From: Candidatus Latescibacterota bacterium
GTDB taxonomy: Bacteria > Latescibacterota > UBA2968 > UBA8231
Assembly (NCBI GenBank): GCA_965248265.1
Contig: CBDFJF010000002.1
Span: 352,001-416,000, forward strand
Direction of reading: 5' to 3'
Length of the DNA stretch: 64,000 nucleotides
Position 1 is the stretch's first letter; every line of letters starts with the position of its first letter. The translations under genes were made by a program, and so were the position numbers. The notes below the pieces were generated by a model that searched no databases, was not told the origin of the DNA, and saw only the letters and a program-made list of their open reading frames with translations. Shown here piece after piece: positions 18,793 to 28,959 of this stretch.

Positions 18793-21700
18793 CTATCCTG
18801 AAAAGTCCGTCCTGTTGAATGCCCACAGTGCGAAGATGAGGGCCACACAGGTCTCCAGCACGAGAAGGGTAATCGGTAACATACTCTCAGAGAGGCTCCG
18901 AGGTAGGGGAATGGTCACCTCGTGAAAACGCGGGATGAGGGTAGAGTCAATCGGCCTGGCGGACAAGAATCCGGGCAGGTAGAGCAGGTGAGGTGAGTCG
19001 GGATCGGTGGAATCCTTGCTGCGGATGAAATCGCGCAGGGCGTCCCGGTAGCGCCAACCCTGGCGCAAGAAGCTTTGCGCTCTCTGCACTCCCGTACCAA
19101 GGAAGGCCTCCACCGAGTACTGGAAGGCGTATCCAGGAGAGAGCAGATTGACCATCCGCGCCACGCCGAACTGTCGGAACATCTGTTGATCGACCCGCCG
19201 GCGAACCGCATCGAGATCCCGCTCCATGGCGGCGACGCGCATGGCGTAGCGGCGCTCGACCTCGTAGTCGTCGAGGCGAGCCTGGGCCGCGTCCCGGGGC
19301 GTCAACCCGTCCCGTCGCACCGATTCCTCGAACGACTCTCGTATGGTATCGAGCTCCTCCCAATACGGTCCCACCGATTCGACGCTGCGCACGGCAATCA
19401 GGTAGGAGGACTGCGGGATCACGACCATGAGGACCGTCCACATGCTGACTAGAAAAACGAGGGCCGACGCCGAGGTGCCGGCCAAGGCGGAGATGCCGAT
19501 GGCCAACAACAGGAACAGGGACACCAACAGACTGCTGCAGAGCAGGAACAAGCCACCCCCCCCTGGCGATCTGGGCGTTGAACTCCAATACACCCGTACC
19601 TACGAGAGCGGCCAGGCTGATGGCACATCCCAGTACAAGGATCACCTCGAGGATGATAAAGTGAGCGAGGAACTTGGCGATCAGGAATTCAGCTCGCGCC
19701 ACAGGGTTTGCCATCGCCAGCAGCAAGGTCCCGTTTTCGCGCTCACCGGACACCGCATTGTAGGCAAGGACGATGCACAGAAACGACAGGACGTAGCGGC
19801 CGATGACGACCCAATCGACGACTTCGAAGCGCCGCATCCAATTGTTGGTTGTCCGGGTCAGGGATGTCCACATGGTCTGACCCGAGCGTGGGTTAACCCA
19901 TTGACCGGTGTACGACCAGTTGAATCCGCCTTCCGCGATGAATTCGGTGCCGACCGGATCGCTCTGAATCCGGTACCAACGGCCAGCCACGTCGCGCAGG
20001 GTCTTCGCCGAATCGTAGGACTGGGCGTCGACGGAGCGGAGACGATTGGTTTCCTGGTCGGTGCGCTCGATCTTGAGTCCGTACACCAAACCGTTGGCGA
20101 TAAAGAACAACAACAGGATCAACAAACTGACCTGGAACCGCAGCGACTTCAGGTTGTCCTGCAGCTGATGGACGAATACGGCGTGCACGGCCGAGCGCGC
20201 TATCCGACCTGGGCCGCTCTCATTGATCGGCCTGTTGCGGGACGGCGCCCATGCCGTCACCTGCTCGCCACTGTCAGGATCGTAGCGGTCGAAACGTCGT
20301 AAAGCGACGATGATGCTTCCCCCCAGAGTCAGGATCAGCATGACCAGGCCCGGAGTCATCTGCGTCAAGGTTGCCGGCAGCGAACGCTGCCACTGGCCGC
20401 CGAATTGAGGCAGATCAGTCAAGTCGAGTCGGCGCCTCGCGTCGCCGGCAGCCTCTACCTCGCGCTCCTCAACCCAGGCCATGCGCTCTTTCATGAACGG
20501 CGAGTCGGCGGCGAGCATTTGGGGTGTGACCGTCTCAGGAGTCGCGATCATCGGTTCCTGGTCCGCAGGATCGTCGCTGAACCAGCGCCGGTCGGCCATC
20601 GCTCTCTTGCCGTTCAGGAAGGCGATGATGGCCTGCCTGTATGAGCGTCCTGCCTTGCCCAGGAAGAAGCTGTCGTCCAGCGTGGTGCGCGCCAGGAAGT
20701 AGGAGAGCACCTGAAAGTTGGCGATAGGTGAGAGCAACGCCCACTCGTCGACTATGTGGGCCTGTCGCGCCAGCGGCTCCTGGTTGGCCCAGCGGTATCG
20801 GTAGCCGGCATCAGCGAGTTCGAGCAGTTTGCCGACGGAAAACAGATTGCGGTGTTGGCGCCATTCATAGCCGATTTCATGACCGTAGCGGATGTGGCCA
20901 TCCCGTTCGAGGCAAGCCATGTAGGCCTCTCCGGGACTGGGATTGCGGCGATCCCAATCCGCCATTTCACGATCATAGTCAGCGTAGAGACGCGCACTCT
21001 GATCCTGAAAAACCTGGTAGGGAGGCTCATACACGAGATACCGACTCAAGGAAGGAACGACATTGAGGTAGCCCACCCCGAATACCAACCAGCCGAAGAG
21101 GCAGATGATCAGTGAGGTGTCCGAGTTTCGCGCCAGCACCGACACCATCAAACTCAGGGAAAAGGCCTGCGCCAAGAACACACAGGAGAGCAGAAACAGC
21201 AACATGAGGCGCAGCCAGTCGTCGCGGCTCAGATCGACATCCGGGTTGGCGAGCATGATCAGGAGTGAGACGCCGAACGCGATCGCGAATGGGAAAATCA
21301 ACGACAGGGTACCGCCAAGGAGTTTGGCGAGCACGATGTAGGCGCGCGGCACCGGATTGGTCAGCATCTGTCGCAGGGTGCCACGTTCGCGCTCGGCGCT
21401 GATACCGTCGAAGCCGAGGACGACGGCGAGGAAGCTCAACAGCAGGCCGACGACAGTGGCGAAGTCGATCTGGGCAAGGGACTTCATGATCGCACTCTCG
21501 AAGCTGTGCTGCAGCGGCCAGGAGGCGATCTGGATGCGGTCGAGCTCGACCCGCATGGTGCGTCCGGCAGTGCTGAGAATTCCACGACACAGGATTGAAA
21601 GCGGTTGCGGAGGAACGACAACATCCGGTTCGAGGGCCGAGTAGACGGCCACTTCGTCGAGCGCTTCCCGGGCTTTGCGGACTTCGCGCTCGTAGGCGTC

Positions 21701-21835
21701 CATGTTGCGCGAGTAGTCCAGACTGCCGATCAGGGTGGTCAAAGCGGCCAGGAACACCGTGAACAACAGCGCCACGGCGAGGCGGAAGGTCAGCAGATTG
21801 CTCAGCAGCTCTTTGCGTACGAGGACGGCGAACAT
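18793..21835 (-). pseudogene. Tandem (two-unit) ABC-2 type permease, frameshifted at a G8 tract (19556-19563)
   Basis: Two ERE.GTL…NPV.R…AK permease motifs. The hydrophobic TM sequence stops at AQIARGG in ORF 18947..21859 and resumes as GGLFLLCSSLL in ORF 18793..19593. Confidence 0.8.
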
Positions 21836-21976
21836 GGCCGCAGCATAACCTCCGACCACAGCCTGTCAAGGCAGTTGGGCTGTCTGCAATTTCGATTGCC
21901 CGGCGTTGCTACGTGAGCGATATTCGACGTGCAGTCTATTGAGTAAGGCCACCGATCGAGGATACACACACTCATT

Positions 21977-23434
21977 TTGAAAATCGAAATTCCCGAGCCC
22001 GGAGGCGTGTACTCCGAGCCGTGGTCGACGGGCAAACTGGTGCGCTTGATGTCCGTTTTCGGACCGGCCGCCATCGTCGCATCGGTCAGCATCGGCGCCG
22101 GCGAGACGATCGTCGTTGTGCGCAGTGGCGCCTGGGCAGGGTACGGCCTGATGTGGCTTGTCCTGCTCAGCTGCATCGTCAAGGGCATCTTTGTCACCTA
22201 CCTGGTCGGTCGCTATACAGCCATCAGCGGCGAGTACATCGGTCAACGGCTGGTGCGCATTCCGGGGCCCCGAGGCTGGTTCCTGATCACGCTGATTCTG
22301 CTCGAGCTGGTGGCGGCGCCCCTGGCCTGGGTGCCAATATCGAAACCTTGCGGCGATCTGGTACACCATTTGTTGCGCGACCAACTCGACGCATCCTGGT
22401 CTGAAGTCATCTTCGAGAACGCGGTCACCACCGGCTTCATCATCCTGGCGATGTTCTTCGGTCTGCGTCTTTCATTCGAGCGTCTGGAGCGGCAACAACT
22501 GCTGATTTGTGGCATTCTGGTCAGCGGCACCCTGTTGGGCACCCTGATGGTCAGGCCGGATTTCTTCCAGGCGTTGGTCGGCAGCCTCAGCATCGGCAAT
22601 CTGCCTGAATTCCCGGACTGGGCGCCCCAGGACGCTATCGAACACCCGATGCTGACCATGGCGACGGCTTTCGGTTACGTCGGGGGTGGTGTGTTCGCCT
22701 ACATCGCCTATTCGAACTGGGTCGGCCTGCACCGCTGGGGACTAACCGGCCACGACGACATCGAACGGATCCGTGCGCACGCCGCCGACAGCGATTCGAT
22801 AGACTATCTGCCCGACGAACCGGTTCAAGTGAGCCGACTGCGAAGGCTGGCCGGCCCCCTGCGATGGGACGTCTGTCTCGGGGCGATCGTCCTGTTCGTC
22901 GTGACCAGCGCCTTCATGCTCTCGGGGGCTGCGGTGCTGTATCCTCTGCAAAGCCGGTTCGAGGGCTGGAGCTTGTTGACCAATCAAGCCCACGTCTGGA
23001 GCGCCATCCATCCTACTCTTGTATGGATCTACTATGTCTGTATCATCGCTGCTCTGTGGGGGACGCTGCAGGCGCTGCCCGAGATCTACGCTCGAGTCAT
23101 GCAGGGATTCCTGACGGCGGTGTGGCCTGACCGGGAATGGAATTACGACCGTCTGAAGCGGGGTGTCTGCCTGTACATCTTCGCGGCAGCGGTCGTCCTC
23201 ATTTGGACTGATGTCGCCTTCGACGTGCTCACGCAGATCGCAGGATTCCTGTTGGCTAATCTGGCCATCGCCTTGCTGATGCCCGCTGCCATCTATCTCA
23301 ACTTCAAGCTACCGCCCGCCTACCGCACCGGCAGGATAACTCTTGCCGGTTCTCTGGTCTCCGTGGTCGTGCTCGCCATCTTCGCCGTCATCAGCGGCTG
23401 GAGCCTGGCCGGCAAACTGTTCGGCGCAGGTTGA
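21977..23434 (+). CDS. Nramp-like/APC-superfamily membrane transporter
   Basis: GPAAIVASVSIGAGE TM1 motif, G…GYGLMW and about 11 hydrophobic segments. Confidence 0.75.
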   Translation: MKIEIPEPGGVYSEPWSTGKLVRLMSVFGPAAIVASVSIGAGETIVVVRSGAWAGYGLMWLVLLSCIVKGIFVTYLVGRYTAISGEYIGQRLVRIPGPRGWFLITLILLELVAAPLAWVPISKPCGDLVHHLLRDQLDASWSEVIFENAVTTGFIILAMFFGLRLSFERLERQQLLICGILVSGTLLGTLMVRPDFFQALVGSLSIGNLPEFPDWAPQDAIEHPMLTMATAFGYVGGGVFAYIAYSNWVGLHRWGLTGHDDIERIRAHAADSDSIDYLPDEPVQVSRLRRLAGPLRWDVCLGAIVLFVVTSAFMLSGAAVLYPLQSRFEGWSLLTNQAHVWSAIHPTLVWIYYVCIIAALWGTLQALPEIYARVMQGFLTAVWPDREWNYDRLKRGVCLYIFAAAVVLIWTDVAFDVLTQIAGFLLANLAIALLMPAAIYLNFKLPPAYRTGRITLAGSLVSVVVLAIFAVISGWSLAGKLFGAG

Positions 23435-23452
23435 GGTGAGCCGGCGCCGACT

Positions 23453-24886
23453 ATGCCCGCATCCGGAATCGATTTCAAGAAACTGAGCAGGAATTTTGCC
23501 TTTGCGAGCACCGGGCTGATGGTCTTGCTGCTCGGACTCGGGCAGGTTGAAATCCTGTTCTTCCTGCATCCCCTCAAGATTCCGCTGGTGGCGCTGACTG
23601 CCACAAGCTGGGCCGGGTTCTATCTGGTCAAGACCCTGCTCGATCCGATGCGCGGTGGGAAGCAGATCGTCACCACCGAGGGCCCCGGTGAGGAGGTGAT
23701 TCAAAAGGCGACGCTCGTGAGTCTGCAACAACAACCCGGTTTCGTCGCCGGCGACGTGGCTGAGGAGGAGTTCGTCAAGGGCGAGCAACGGTTCCTGGCG
23801 TTTCGCTACAGCGAAGCGGCCGATCACTTCAGGAAATCCCTCGACGCCTACTCGTCTCTGCCGACGTTGCTGAACCTGGGCGCTGCATTGTTGAACAATT
23901 CGGCGTTCGAACAGGCTCAAGAGATCCTGAACATGGGGTTACAGACGGCGCAGAGAATGGAGAAACGGCTTTTCGAAGCGGCCTTTCACGCCAACCTGGG
24001 GACCATCAACTCGCGTCTCGCCAACTACGAAACCGCGACCGAAGCCTGCGACACGGCCCTGGATCTGTTCCGCGGGGTCGGGGACAGCCGCGGCCAAGCG
24101 GACGTGTTGCTAACGATGGGCAATTTGCAGCTGAATCAGGGCGACCGCGACAAGGCCAAACGCACCTTCGAGCACGCGCTCAAGCGATACGAAGTGGCCA
24201 AGAGTTCGTTAGGCCGTGCCAATGCGGTCGGCAACCTCGGCAACCTGCTTCTTGGAGCGGGGGAGTTCGACGAGGCGCTCAAGCACCATCAACGGGCATT
24301 GGAAATCCACACCCAGACAGGCAACCCGCTGGGCCGCGCCAACGCCTTGAGCAACCTCGGCAACATCCGCTTCCGCACTGAGAAATACGACGAGGCGCTG
24401 AAGGCTCACCAGGCAGCACTCAAGATCTACGAGCAGATCGGCGCGGCACTGGGGTCCGCGGGAGCTCTGGCCAACATCGGCAACGTCCTCTTCAAGCAGA
24501 GCAAGGCGAAGGAAGCGCTGGCGACCTACGAGCAGGCGTTGAAAATTCACACCGAAGTCGGCAATGCCCTGGGAAAGGCGAACACGCTCACCAACATGGG
24601 GAGTCTGTATTCGCGGATGCGACAGGAACAGGATGCTCTCGACTGCCTGCGACAGGCGATGCGGATCTTCGAGTCGGTGGGGGCGCGCACCAAGGGGGTG
24701 GAAGCGGCGGAGGAACTGATTCGGAGAATCACGGGGGGCAAAGCCAAAATAGAAACGACGGAAGATCCGGCAGATGAGACTGACGAGTCGTCGAATGCGG
24801 ACGAAGTCGAAGCTGAAGCTGAAGCGGAAACCAAAGACACCGGCTCACGGCAGACTGAAACCGACGAAGACACTACGGCGAGTTAG
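23453..24886 (+). CDS. Membrane-anchored TPR protein with acidic C-terminal tail
   Basis: Two N-terminal hydrophobic segments, then ~40-aa repeats (G.ANAL.NLGN…EAL..HQ.AL.I) and a D/E-rich tail. Confidence 0.85.
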   Translation: MPASGIDFKKLSRNFAFASTGLMVLLLGLGQVEILFFLHPLKIPLVALTATSWAGFYLVKTLLDPMRGGKQIVTTEGPGEEVIQKATLVSLQQQPGFVAGDVAEEEFVKGEQRFLAFRYSEAADHFRKSLDAYSSLPTLLNLGAALLNNSAFEQAQEILNMGLQTAQRMEKRLFEAAFHANLGTINSRLANYETATEACDTALDLFRGVGDSRGQADVLLTMGNLQLNQGDRDKAKRTFEHALKRYEVAKSSLGRANAVGNLGNLLLGAGEFDEALKHHQRALEIHTQTGNPLGRANALSNLGNIRFRTEKYDEALKAHQAALKIYEQIGAALGSAGALANIGNVLFKQSKAKEALATYEQALKIHTEVGNALGKANTLTNMGSLYSRMRQEQDALDCLRQAMRIFESVGARTKGVEAAEELIRRITGGKAKIETTEDPADETDESSNADEVEAEAEAETKDTGSRQTETDEDTTAS

Positions 24887-24897
24887 GCAGAAGGAAG

Positions 24898-25012
24898 AAA
24901 AAAAAGAGCAGCCAATTCACCTGAATGCCGGTTTCTATTTTGTCGAAGTCCCACATTACAGTGGAGAAACTTCCAACTGGGCATTCGCTTATGAATTCAG
25001 GCCACCCCTTTG
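24898..25012 (-). ncRNA. Candidate rod-shaped small RNA (~115 nt)
   Basis: Nested pairings AAAGGGGUGGCC/GGCUGCUCUUUU, AAUUCA/UGAAUU, GAAUGCC/GGCAUUC, GAAGUU/GACUUC and CCAC/GUGG. It ends in U8, and a sigma54 motif lies directly upstream. Confidence 0.55.
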
Positions 25013-25023
25013 CCAAGATGGAC

Positions 25024-25038
25024 GCAAATGCCGTACCA
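25024..25038 (-). promoter_or_regulatory. Sigma54 (-24/-12) promoter candidate
   Basis: Minus strand TGGTACGGCATTTGC vs consensus TGGCACG-N4-TTGC, with correct GG-N10-GC spacing. Confidence 0.6.
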
Positions 25039-25137
25039 CCTGTGCACCCAGTGAAGCGGGGCGGCGGGGTCTGGAGTAGCGGCCGTTTGTTCCTACGGTC
25101 GGTCCACTACCGGGCAGGATATTCCTGCAAATAGAGC

Positions 25138-25821
25138 TCACGCCGGCTTTTGGGCTTTGATCTCTTTGATCCAGCCTACGACTTCACCGCATTTCGTCGT
25201 GAGGGCGTCAAAGTCCCCGGCAGCGACGATTTCCTTGGTGACCAGTTTCGAACCGATACCGACGCATGCTACGCCCGCATCGAACCAGGACTGAAGGCTC
25301 TCCCTGCTGGCATCCACTCCGCCGGTGGGCATGATTCTGGTCCATGGACAGGGTCCGGCAACCGATTTGACGAAGGCGGGGCCTCCGACTTCACTGCCTG
25401 GAAAAACCTTGACGATCTCGACACCAAGTTCTTCGGCCTCAGCGATTTCGCTGACGCTTCCGCAGCCCGGCGCATAGGCGATCTTGCGGCGGTTGCAGAC
25501 GCGGGCGACGTCGGGATTGAGCAGCGGGCCGACGACGAAATTGGCTCCACTGGAAATGTAGAGTCCCGCGGTGGGTGCATCGACGATCGAGCCGACACCG
25601 AGAATGACATCAAGATCGCTGTCGATGATGTGCTGGGCGGCGTCGGCGAAAACGCGGTAGGCCAGGTCGCCCCGATTGGTGAACTCGACGACGCGGGCGC
25701 CGCCCGCAGCGCAGGCCTCGATGATGGCGATGACGGTGTCGAGGTCCTTGTGATAAAACACCGGCACAACGCCGACGTCGAACATGGTGTTGAGGACCTT
25801 CATGCGATCGTACTGAGCCAT
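25138..25821 (-). CDS. eda: Bifunctional KHG/KDPG aldolase
   Basis: VVEFTNR, GVGSIVD, GANFVVGP, PGC, VKVFPG and MPTGGV. Confidence 0.93.
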   Translation of the reverse strand: MAQYDRMKVLNTMFDVGVVPVFYHKDLDTVIAIIEACAAGGARVVEFTNRGDLAYRVFADAAQHIIDSDLDVILGVGSIVDAPTAGLYISSGANFVVGPLLNPDVARVCNRRKIAYAPGCGSVSEIAEAEELGVEIVKVFPGSEVGGPAFVKSVAGPCPWTRIMPTGGVDASRESLQSWFDAGVACVGIGSKLVTKEIVAAGDFDALTTKCGEVVGWIKEIKAQKPA

Positions 25822-25964
25822 ACCAGGTTTCCTATGAGACGAGAAGCGAGCTCGGACGCTGCCTATGTGTGAGTGAATGTGACGATACGTAAGTTACCAT
25901 CGCCATGTGGCCGGTCAACAGGTTATACTTGCGACGCCCCGACCCCCTAACACCCGGCAGGCAC

Positions 25965-27209
25965 ATGAAACCAATACTGGTCAACGAACAACTGTTCGCC
26001 GAAACCGCCTATTTCAATAGTGACCAACGCCTGGTCGAGCTGGTCGAGATGTTCGGTTTCCAACGGCGACGAGTGATGCTGGGGGAGGGGGCGGTCTACA
26101 ACTTGGGGGACGAGTGCCGCCGCCTGAATGCCAGGAAGGTGTTCCTGGTTCGCGATCCTGGCATCGAAGCGCTGGAGCAGCCGGTACGTTGGATTCTCGA
26201 ACGTGAAGGCATCGAGATCACCGGTAGGTTCACGGATATCGTGCCGAATCCCCGGGTCGCCGGCGTGGACGCGCTGGCATCCGCCGTGAAGGCAGTGCCA
26301 TGTGATGCCGTCATTGCCATGGGAGGGGGCAGCACCATGGACACCGCCAAGGTCGGGTTGTGTGTGGCCACGTGCGGTGGGACAACACCAGATTACTTCG
26401 GGTTTGATCTGTTTGACAAACCATCGAGCTGGCCATTAATCGCGGTGCCGACGACAGCGGGTACCGGTGCGGAAGCCAGCAGAGTTTCCGTCATCGTGTC
26501 TGAAGGCATCAAGCAAGTCGTCTCCTCCGAGCACATCGAGCCCTCGGTCGCACTCGTCGATCCCGGTCTCACTCGAGAGTTGCCACCGGCATTGACGGCA
26601 ACTACGGCACTGGATGCGCTGGGGCATGCCCTGGAGTGCACGGCCTCGCGCAAATCGAACGAAATCGGTGATGCCGTAGCTCGCGAAGCGCTCTTGGCGG
26701 GATTGCCTTACATAGAAAAGGCGATCGCCGGTGGTACCGATTCAAGCGTCGCCCGCTATCAGATGTCCCGCTGCAGCCTGCTGGCCGGGATGCTGCTGAG
26801 CCCTATAAACACTGGCGCGGCCCACGCACTCGGCTATGGGATCGAAAAAGTTTCCCTGGCCAAGAACAAACCGGTGCCACACGGCGCCTCGGTAGCACTG
26901 GTGTTGCCGGGGGTCATGCGCCACAATGCATCGCAAGTCGCCGCCAAGTACTACTACGCCGCAGGGGTCGCGGGACTGGACTTGTCAGGCAAGAGTGTAG
27001 AGGAAGGCGCACAACTGGCTGCCGACCACGTGGACTCGTTGCGGCGCCGGTACACGGCTTTCGGATCATTGACGAGTGCAGGGCTGGACGAGGCGGACAT
27101 TCCCGAGATGGTCGAGGTAGGGATGAGTGTGCGGCGCCTCCTGGATCCAAACCCGGTCGAGGTAAAACCGGAGCAAGCAGCAGCCATCTACAGCGAAGTA
27201 CTGACGTAG
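25965..27209 (+). CDS. Iron-containing alcohol dehydrogenase family protein
   Basis: PNP, GGGSTMDTAK, AVPTTAGTGAE, DALGHALE and VPHG. Confidence 0.9.
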   Translation: MKPILVNEQLFAETAYFNSDQRLVELVEMFGFQRRRVMLGEGAVYNLGDECRRLNARKVFLVRDPGIEALEQPVRWILEREGIEITGRFTDIVPNPRVAGVDALASAVKAVPCDAVIAMGGGSTMDTAKVGLCVATCGGTTPDYFGFDLFDKPSSWPLIAVPTTAGTGAEASRVSVIVSEGIKQVVSSEHIEPSVALVDPGLTRELPPALTATTALDALGHALECTASRKSNEIGDAVAREALLAGLPYIEKAIAGGTDSSVARYQMSRCSLLAGMLLSPINTGAAHALGYGIEKVSLAKNKPVPHGASVALVLPGVMRHNASQVAAKYYYAAGVAGLDLSGKSVEEGAQLAADHVDSLRRRYTAFGSLTSAGLDEADIPEMVEVGMSVRRLLDPNPVEVKPEQAAAIYSEVLT

Positions 27210-27217
27210 GGAACCGT

Positions 27218-27865
27218 TCAGGGTCGCGAGGATGGAGCGCGACCACCCGCCCACAGCAGCGCGTTCTCGATCAAGCGCAGGAAATCGAGCTCCCAGAAGT
27301 CCTTCTGGTGTCCCAACGACGTATAGAAGACGCGTCCAGCCGAGGCGCGGGTCCAGGCAACGGGTTCCGTTTGCTCTTCGGTGCGTCCGTTCAACAGCAG
27401 CTGAGCATCCGCTGCCAACGGCGCTGTCCGGTAGAGGCTGCCTTGTGAGTCGAAGGGCAAGACACCGTTCAGGATCTCATCATGCGCTGCCACCACGTCG
27501 ACATGGCACAGCGGTCCGGCGCTGAAATGTCCGTCGTAATTGCCACCCAATATTTCTCGATCGAATTCCAGCCACTGTTGAAAGGCGTGACTCGCCGTCC
27601 GAACACCAACGACCGGTTTGCCTGCTTCACAATACCGTCTTATGCACTCGAGTTCGGGCCCCGCCATGGTGAGCCGTCTGGTGAACACCAGCAGGACGTC
27701 GGTATCCTCCTCCAATACACTCAAGGAATGGACGTCGCTCTCGGTCTGGTAGATGATCAGGTGGGAGTCGATGTCGGGCGCGTTTTCGCGCAGGTACCCG
27801 GCCAGGACCGTCAGTGAATCCTCCGAGTCGTACTCGAAAGAGCCGGAGAGCATGGTCACCCGCAT
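27218..27865 (-). CDS. ThuA-like (class I glutamine amidotransferase-like) domain protein
   Basis: GKPVVGVRTASHAF, ILGGNYDGH and EPVAWT…RVFYTSLGH; ATG at 27865. Confidence 0.85.
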   Translation of the reverse strand: MRVTMLSGSFEYDSEDSLTVLAGYLRENAPDIDSHLIIYQTESDVHSLSVLEEDTDVLLVFTRRLTMAGPELECIRRYCEAGKPVVGVRTASHAFQQWLEFDREILGGNYDGHFSAGPLCHVDVVAAHDEILNGVLPFDSQGSLYRTAPLAADAQLLLNGRTEEQTEPVAWTRASAGRVFYTSLGHQKDFWELDFLRLIENALLWAGGRAPSSRP

Positions 27866-27872
27866 TTGTCGG

Positions 27873-28844
27873 TCACAGCTCAATCGACACCTTGACCGGC
27901 TCGTCATGGCTGAGGGATCGTCTCGGCCGGCAGTGGGGTGGGTACTGCTCCAGGGCTGTTTCCCACCTGCGGGCCCACTCCTCGTAATCGTCGTAGACGG
28001 ATTCGGGGGCGGCACGGCTGCGGGTGACGAAGTCAGGATAGCACGATCGGCCTGTCGGGGTGCCCGTCCTCTGGTAACGCAGGTCCATGCTCCAGCGAAT
28101 GGCATTCGTGGTGTTGGGTCCGGATCGATGCGGCGTGAGCTTGTGCATGAGGATGATGCCGCCTCTGCGCATCGGCAACGCCACGGCCTGGCGTTCGCTC
28201 ATATGCTCATCCGACACCCCGAAACCTCCGCCCCAGTAGACGGTCTCTTCCTTGTGGACGCGAGGGAAGACTTCGAGACAGCCGTTGTCAATGGTCGAAT
28301 CCATCATGGGCAACCAAACGGTCAGGATGAAGGTCGAGTCGGCCTCTTCCAGATGCACCTGGGCGTCCTGGTGCAGGGGGGCCACGTTCTCGCGGACCCG
28401 CTGATTGTTGTCACGTCCAGCCCCCGCCTCCTGCTGTGGATGGCGCAGGGTTTCGGGCAGCTTGGCTCGCACATGCTGGATGGGGCTACAGGAGATTTCA
28501 GGACCCAGAATCCCCTCCACGGCATCCATCAAATTGTAGTTGCGAAGGAACTCAAAGATGGCACGCCCGCGCATGTGGTCGATATCGACATCGTCGTAAA
28601 TCTGTGCGCACTCAGCCGTGATGCTGGCAAGGCGGCGCCCGAAGGGTTCGTCGGCGTACAAGCGGGACAACTTGCCGGCGGCATGCAGGTCCTGCGCACG
28701 GCGGTCAATCCAGGCAGAGTACTCTTCGATGACAGGATCGATATCGTCGTCCTCGAGGACGTCCTCAAGGACCAGGTATCCGTCCGCCCAGAACTGCTCT
28801 GTCTGTTGTGAAGTCAGTTTCAATTCTTGCTCCTGTAGCGTCAC
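27873..28844 (-). CDS. Phytanoyl-CoA dioxygenase (PhyH) family Fe(II)/2OG oxygenase
   Basis: F..DGYLVLEDVL, HQD, TVWLPM…NGCL, HRSGPN and RWSMDLRY. Confidence 0.9.
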   Translation of the reverse strand: MTLQEQELKLTSQQTEQFWADGYLVLEDVLEDDDIDPVIEEYSAWIDRRAQDLHAAGKLSRLYADEPFGRRLASITAECAQIYDDVDIDHMRGRAIFEFLRNYNLMDAVEGILGPEISCSPIQHVRAKLPETLRHPQQEAGAGRDNNQRVRENVAPLHQDAQVHLEEADSTFILTVWLPMMDSTIDNGCLEVFPRVHKEETVYWGGGFGVSDEHMSERQAVALPMRRGGIILMHKLTPHRSGPNTTNAIRWSMDLRYQRTGTPTGRSCYPDFVTRSRAAPESVYDDYEEWARRWETALEQYPPHCRPRRSLSHDEPVKVSIEL

Positions 28845-28959
28845 CGGCAGGAAAATATAGGTACCGCCGGTTGATGATGCCGATCATGGCGTTGACGTGT
28901 CCGCGACCAAGGCCGAGGTTGAGCCCACGCAGTCTGGCCATTCAAGCAGGAGATGATCA

